Of a DNA stretch of 64,000 nt, positions 57,530 through 64,000 are shown one piece after another. The notes beneath the pieces were generated by a model. That model saw nothing but the letters and a program-made list of their open reading frames with translations, searched no databases and was not told the origin of the DNA. Numbering within the stretch: position 1 is the first letter of the stretch; every line of letters begins with the position of its first letter. Position numbers and translations under genes: made by a program. Origin of the DNA: Eledone cirrhosa (lineage: Eukaryota); assembly GCA_964016885.1 (NCBI GenBank), contig OZ024742.1, forward strand, positions 269,638,001-269,702,000, in the 5' to 3' direction.

Positions 57530-58215
57530 AATCTTGCAGCTCAGTTCTAGAGTAACTCATGATGGACAGATCGTTCGTATAGTAAATATTTTGAAAGTAA
57601 AACGTATGAAAATTGATAAAAACAATGCCAAATTATCCGACTCACAATCTACAACGAGCAAATTGCGCAAGTTACGGAGTTTGTATATCTCGGTCACAAA
57701 CTGTCATCAAACAACAATGGACTGCTGTGCAGTCTCGCATCGCTCTATGCTGGGCAGCTTTCAACAAGAACAAGGAAGTAGTAATATCAAAATGCGTTTC
57801 CTATCATTTGAAGGCTAAGATCTTTGACACTTACATACTACCAGTTGTGTTATATGATCTTGACTATGTTAATTGGATGACAAGGTCAACTCAGAAGCTC
57901 TCAACATTCCAGAACTACATCATGAGACTTATGACTGGCAAGCGGCTTAGCGATCGTATCTGTATCAGTGAACTGCTCAATATTATCAAACTTAGACCAA
58001 TTACATCAATTATCATGTCAAGAGTACTCAAACTATACGGTCATATAAAAAGATCAAATCGTGGTGTGAGTAGGTTATGCCTGTAAGGAAGGTTGGCTGG
58101 TAATAGAAGCAGAAACCGGCAGCCAAATCAATGGATTGATATTTGCTCTTTGAACTCTGTTGCTGCTGATCGAACTTGGTGGAGAGAGATATCACATGCA
58201 ACTGGCAGGGTTTCG
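57530..58215 (+). mobile_element. 5'-truncated RTE-type LINE (RT C-terminal region)
   Basis: FVYLG, SRIALCWAAFNK, KAKIFDTYILPVVLY, LKLYGHIKR, GNRSRNRQPNQW and AADRTWWR. Confidence 0.8.
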
Positions 58216-58290
58216 CGTCACAAAAATATATATATATATATATATGATAAAGAACACAAGAGCGTCTACAACATCAAACGATTTTTATTG

Positions 58291-58335
58291 GCTTACAATG
58301 ATTCTTCCTTACGTAACCGTAGGATTCGTCAGAGC
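58291..58335 (-). ncRNA. Hammerhead relic
   Basis: Reverse complement: GCU-CUGACGA-A-UCCUACG(GUUA)CGUAAGGA-A-GAAUCAUUGUA-AGC; A15.1 is mutated. Confidence 0.5.
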
Positions 58336-59277
58336 TATAAAAGTGGTTTGATTGGTGTTATGGACTCTACCAACCAAACATTCAAGAACAAAGAGTAAAG
58401 AGAGTAAAGAGCAAAAGTAGGGGACGATAAGTCTAATTTTGGTCCGGGAGGGTGGGGTGTGGGTGCTTGTTTACTAGCTGCGGTCATATATATATATACA
58501 TATATATACGTGTGTGTGTGTGTGTCTGTGTATGTGTGTGTGTGTGTGTAGGGGGGGGGGGGTTGTGCGTGCGTGTTTGTGTGTGTATATGAAATGATAT
58601 GCATGCATCTTAAAGTTTCAAACTCCAACTACCATATACTATAGTCATTCTATATCTTTTAGCTGGAGTTTGAAAATATTGGTAACATTCATTTGTATCT
58701 CTTATTTATATAATGTATTCTGACTCTGTAAATTACGAAAAGTGGTCATTCTTTTTATATACATTTCGGAAATCCTTGTCTCTCCATACATAATGTATAT
58801 AACATCTATACACCAAACAAGAATGAAAATTATATTAAGCTCAGATTGAACTGCCAAAACTGTACACTTCTCTTCAAACTGTTATTTCAATTCTATTACC
58901 TTTGAATTATTACACATTTGAATAACGATCTTGCTGTAATTTCCTTACAATCATATGCCATCCAAAACATACCAAATCCGTATTCGATTGTCTTCTATTT
59001 AATGTTTCATCGTAACGTTTCTAAATGAAATATAATCATATTTCTATGTGTGCATAATTGTGTCGTCCATACCAGCATACAAATAAAAGAATTCATATGT
59101 ACATTATTATATACATGTGTAAATATGTAGTTGTCCCTATGTTTCTATGTATATACGTATGAATGTTTATCTCTCTCATTCGCTAACGTGTGTTTATGCA
59201 TACAGCCATATATAAACACTCACCACACACACCCGCAGATAGTTGTATATATGTATATTATATATATATATATATAT

Positions 59278-60178
59278 CCACGAAATACTGATTAGTTAGC
59301 ACACCAAAAACTAAATTAGGAATATACTTAGGTATATCCTAATGTTTATTGAGTGAGATGGAGTTGGCCAGAGTATCGCTTAAGGCTTTCTCTGTTAATG
59401 TATTAAATATATACTCTTGGTAGCCAGATATGATTTCCAGATATAAGGTATGACTCTCTTTATTATTATTATTTTATATGAAATACTGATTGATCCTCCT
59501 TATATCCCATGTCTGATTTAGCCTTAGAGTATAACTATATGTGTATATGGGTGGTGCATACATGTATTTATTATGTTTTAATATATCTATGTGTGCACTG
59601 ATTGTGTATACATATAGTTATTCTTTCAATATCCAATTGAGTTCTTAAACACGTGGTTATGGGACCTAACAGGTTTAAATGACCAGAGTGTATATTGTTT
59701 TATATTTTAAGATGACCTCCCCTTACTCCCTCGGGGGTAGCGTGTATTTTATCTTTGAGTGGACTGTTGGATTTTCGAATCTACCAGTCTTTTTTTAGCG
59801 CTGAAGGAGACCATCGCTAATCTATTAATGTCGATGTAATTCTTATATCGATATTATTTGCGCATCCACTGATGAGTTTATAAGAGCCCGCTTGTGTATA
59901 AAACTATGGATTATATAAAAGTTTCTACATAACCTGGAAATTATTTATCCTAAATTGTAGAAATCTTATAACGAAACGGCCGCCTGGAAGGAAAGAGATA
60001 TTTATTTAATTAGGTCTCATATAAAATAATACAACCATCTATCCACGAAATATTGATTAGTTAGCACCCCAAACACTAAATTGGGAATATACTTAGGTAT
60101 ATCCTAATGTTTGTTGAGTGAGATGGAGTTGGTCAGAGTATCGCTTAAGGCTTTCTCTGTTAATGTATTATATATATA
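59278..60178 (+). mobile_element. Non-coding element bounded by ~135-bp direct repeats (pLTR-like), with a long-stem-II hammerhead relic at 59865-59988
   Basis: CCACGAAATA.TGATTAGTTAGCAC...CTGTTAATGTATTA at 59278 and 60043. UCCA-CUGAUGA-GUUUAUAAGA...UCUUAUAAC-GAAACGGCCGCC-UGGA (GUC changed to GCC). Confidence 0.65.
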
Positions 60179-60189
60179 TATCATTTACT

Positions 60190-61715
60190 CATGCGTTACA
60201 TCCGGGTGTGTGTGTGTTTGCTTGGTTATTTATTTATTTGTTTATTTGCTTGTCACTAGTTGGTTGATTGATCTATCTGTGTTTGTTTGGTTTGATTTAT
60301 TAGTTTCGCTTTTGTGTGTCTGTATGTCTACATTTTGTCCTTAATTACTTCTTGCGATGTTGCTATTTCCACTCATGTTTTCTGTTTAATTTTGGTTGGA
60401 GTTGGTTTATGTCGTCGTCTCTGTCATTTGTCTGAGCATTTATTGCATATTTTACTCTGTGTGGATATGATTTTCATCTCTATGTTATCTAATGTGCCTC
60501 TATGTTCTATTTTGTCACCAATGATGAGTTTTTCCAACATTGGAGATCTCGGCAGTATTCACTTATTCTTTCTCCTATGCTACGAGCTGTTTCTCTTATG
60601 TATGTTGTTTTCTTATTCCTAAACTGTGTTTCAGTACATCTTACGATATATACTACTTTTTTAGTTTTGGGTATATACTACTTTATGATATATACTAATT
60701 TTTCAGTTAGTTTGCTGGCTTAGCTTGCAGACTATGCATGTCCAACATGTGCAGGGGTTCCTTTGAAACGGATATGTTTTCTAATTAGTGTTTTTTATGG
60801 GAATACATGGTCTTCCAACTAACTTAATACTTAATTTCAGCTTGGGGGTTTTCATTGATGGACAATACAGTCTGGTATGTATTGCTATCATACCAGGAGT
60901 TAAGTTTATTGGTCTTTTTTTTTATTCTTTCTATTTTCTTCCCAAATTTGCTCCTGTACATGGCGCAAGTTCTATTTGCATCATTTTTAATAAAATTTGA
61001 CCATTTGGTCTTGGCTCCTTTATATACACTGATCGTGTCTTTCTAATTGTAGACAGAAAACTGCATGCGGTGGATGAAATGATGTGTGTGTCTCTCTAAT
61101 TGCTCAAGATTGCCCATGCAGAAAACTTTCCTCATCACTGTTACTAAATCCGCAATCAGTATGTTGATTGTTATGTTATCTGAAAGAGCTGAATTACGGT
61201 GAATCGGGTGCTTGGAGTTCATGGGTTCGGCATAATACGAATGGGGGATTTATGTTCTAATTAATAGTTTCTAACAATAATTATGTGCCTAGTACGCGTA
61301 TTCTATGGTTGGGGTGTTTATTTTGGTAGTCTATAGGAATGTTATACTCTGGTGGATGGAGTTGGCTATTTGCTGGAAGCTTTCCAGTGTTCTTCTCTAA
61401 TTCCTGATTGTTGTCGTGTGGGGTGTTTTGACGATGATGTTAATGTCATCTATACTGGCCCCCACCACGTGTACGACCATTTTCTTTAAATCATGATTTT
61501 CGGGGTCTGTATGCCTCTGCTCCACCAGCTCAATCTTCAGTGCGTGTCTTCTGGCTCATTGAAGTAATAGTAGGTGGTCTTCACCATCTGGCCTTGTTGG
61601 CCAAGGGCTGCTAATGTCACGTGTGTCTAAATAGACGTAATTGTGTGTGAGTTTAAGTAGGAGACCAACTCACTGTTTATCACTGCCACGGAATTCCACA
61701 TTGCTCTTGCTGATC
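60190..61715 (-). mobile_element. Heavily decayed PLE of a distinct (Nematis-like) lineage: RT C-terminus + GIY-YIG + 3' UTR
   Basis: Manual translation: IDDINII, QQIANSIHQSITF.IDYQNKHPN, PMNSKHPIHRNSALSDN..NILIADL, FIHRMQFS and YIRETARSIGERISE. The lineage name is tentative. Confidence 0.7.
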
Positions 61716-61722
61716 GTTTCTA

Positions 61723-61783
<61 letters not shown>

Positions 61784-62606
61784 ACATATACATATATATA
61801 CATATATATGTATAAATTTAAAGACAATGCCACCCACCCCCAGCGCATCAGCTAGGAATCTTACTTTATTAACAAATACGGACCCCGTCTAAACACTTCT
61901 CCCTAAGACGAACCCACAACATACACACGTCAACATACATACCTACATCAGCATATATCTCTATCCACACATAAACACAATGACATACGTAAACACACAT
62001 GTTCTATGGTGCAACACAAATATACACAAATTTGCATACCTTTTGATGTCTATATATATAAACGTGCCGACACACACACATACATAAACGCACACATGCA
62101 TTGCACACTGATGGGCACATACATATTTGTACACAAGTATTCCAATACGGCAAGGCCTAATAGATTCCCCTTGCAGTACTTACAATCTGGATACTCACAC
62201 ACACCTTGGTATTATGCCAATACTATATATCATTTCACACCTTTTATTATTAAGGTTTTTGATGTTCTATTGAGAGAATCGTTTTTACTGAAAATATCGA
62301 ATAATGTACACCATTTTACCAGTTTAACAAAAATACTGGTCTACCCACACACACACACACACACATTCTCACACACACACACACACATTCTCACACACAC
62401 ACACACACATATATACACACACACATACACACGCGTACATTAACATACACAGAGACATATACACACACAGATACACACACACACACACACACACTTCTCC
62501 GTATGAGACAAGAGTCTGAAAAATATCTTTTAACATGTTAAAATATCCCCCACACACGTACAGACACATTCCTACTGACCATCCCTCTACCACGAATTGC
62601 TCTGCT

Positions 62607-62657
<51 letters not shown>

Positions 62658-63174
62658 TCTTAATAGGCATTTGAACTGTCAAGAGGCTGCGGTTCGCACA
62701 CACATCGCTGCTGGCCATTATCACAACAACGAGCCTCTTTACTACTACTACACACACACACACACACATATTTGTTTTGAAAGACTTATTTTTCAGTGAC
62801 TTCTCAATCAGCCGACACAAACCTACATTTGGCGCAAAATCAATGTTTAACATTCAGATGACCTCTATCGACCAATCAAAATTGTTTTGACCACAAGAAT
62901 TTTTGCAACACAAATTGGCGCGAAACTTATTTTAATACCTCTGGAGCCACTTTTTTCACACAAAAACAGGAAGAATTTCCAAAACTAATCAGATTAGAGC
63001 AAACATCACGGACGCTCTATCTCAAAATTGTTTTTGAAAAGCATTAGAAATGCGCAACCGGTAAAACTTAAAACCAAAATTGAATACTAACCAATAATAT
63101 TACTAATTTTCACTTATTCCTATTTAAACTATTTTTCACTGTGAACAATTTGTCAGCATTTACTTTTCCGTTTA

Positions 63175-63244
<70 letters not shown>

Positions 63245-63260
63245 TATATATATGTATATG

Positions 63261-63301
<41 letters not shown>

Positions 63302-63335
63302 GTATATGTATATATTTATATATATTTATATATCT

Positions 63336-63530
63336 ATGACATTAAACTACATCCAGTGGCAAGGCTCCAGTTCGGGAGTTCAGGAGATGTGGGGAATGTG
63401 GAGTTACCCCTTAGTTGTCATGACTCCCAGGTCTGCCCTGGCCCGGGGTGGTAGTACCTGTTAGGGCTCCATTTATGGGTTAAGTAACTACCTTATTCGA
63501 GTGGCGCCGGTAAGGTATTGTCAGCCATTG
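63336..63530 (+). repeat. GC-richer interspersed repeat fragment between (TA)n tracts
   Basis: GACATTAAACTACATCCAGTGG..GGCTCCAGTTC..CTCCCAGGTC..GGTAGTACCTGTTAGGG resembles a retroposon-derived octopus repeat (from recall; single copy in this window). Confidence 0.4.
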
Positions 63531-63541
63531 AAAAGAAAAGA

Positions 63542-63612
<71 letters not shown>

Positions 63613-63644
63613 ATATGTATATATATGTATATGTATATATATAT

Positions 63645-64000
63645 AAACGGAAAAAATGAAACGAAATTTCATATCCCACTCTTAGTACGGCTGTTACTTA
63701 AATATAAGCATGTATACATACATATATCTATACAGACGTACAGTAGCATGTATATATATATATACATACATGCACACGTATATATATGTACGTATGGATT
63801 CACCGAACATTTATTATAATGCTCGGTGTGTTTGTAAACAAACAACCCGCATTAAGCCGTAGTGTCCAGCAACCATCGTTGCTCGTTTGTTCAACACTGA
63901 CAAATGAACGTTGTACTAGTTTAAGCTTATTAGCTATCGTCAGCAACGTATACGTTCCTGTCATATTGTTGAACCTATATACTTACCTTATGCATATTAA
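63645..64000 (-). mobile_element. Further copy of the ~435-bp hammerhead repeat (hammerhead 63908-63949), running off the window
   Basis: Reverse complement: ACGUUG-CUGACGA-UAGCU(AAUA)AGCUU-AAACUAGUA-CAACGU. G12 is deleted; stem I shows a compensatory change. Confidence 0.8.

Overview
AT-rich, (TA)n/(CA)n-microsatellite-laden eukaryotic non-genic DNA. The SINE and repeat content suggests a cephalopod such as Octopus; this is an inference. I cannot support any intact host gene. The window is a nested graveyard of mobile elements: about 10 Penelope-like element (PLE) fragments (RT and/or GIY-YIG), a near full-length frameshifted CR1-group LINE (PHD + CCCH ORF1, APE-RT ORF2), two RTE fragments, an internally deleted mariner, a truncated Sola2-like transposon, seven copies of a tRNA-derived Meta/MESC-type SINE, and Helitron-like repeats. 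The most striking signal is absent from the ORF track: more than 20 type I hammerhead ribozyme motifs from about 10 sequence families, found by eye. Some lie in PLE 3' ends. Others lie in small non-coding tandem or circularly permuted units (~435 bp and ~318 bp) that resemble non-LTR retrozymes. Several carry non-canonical cores (compensatory U3-A8, U10.1.U11.1, an extra base after A9, long stem-II insertions). Many of these elements occur as fold-back (inverted) pairs. All structures were derived by manual reading, boundaries are approximate, and no activity is demonstrated.
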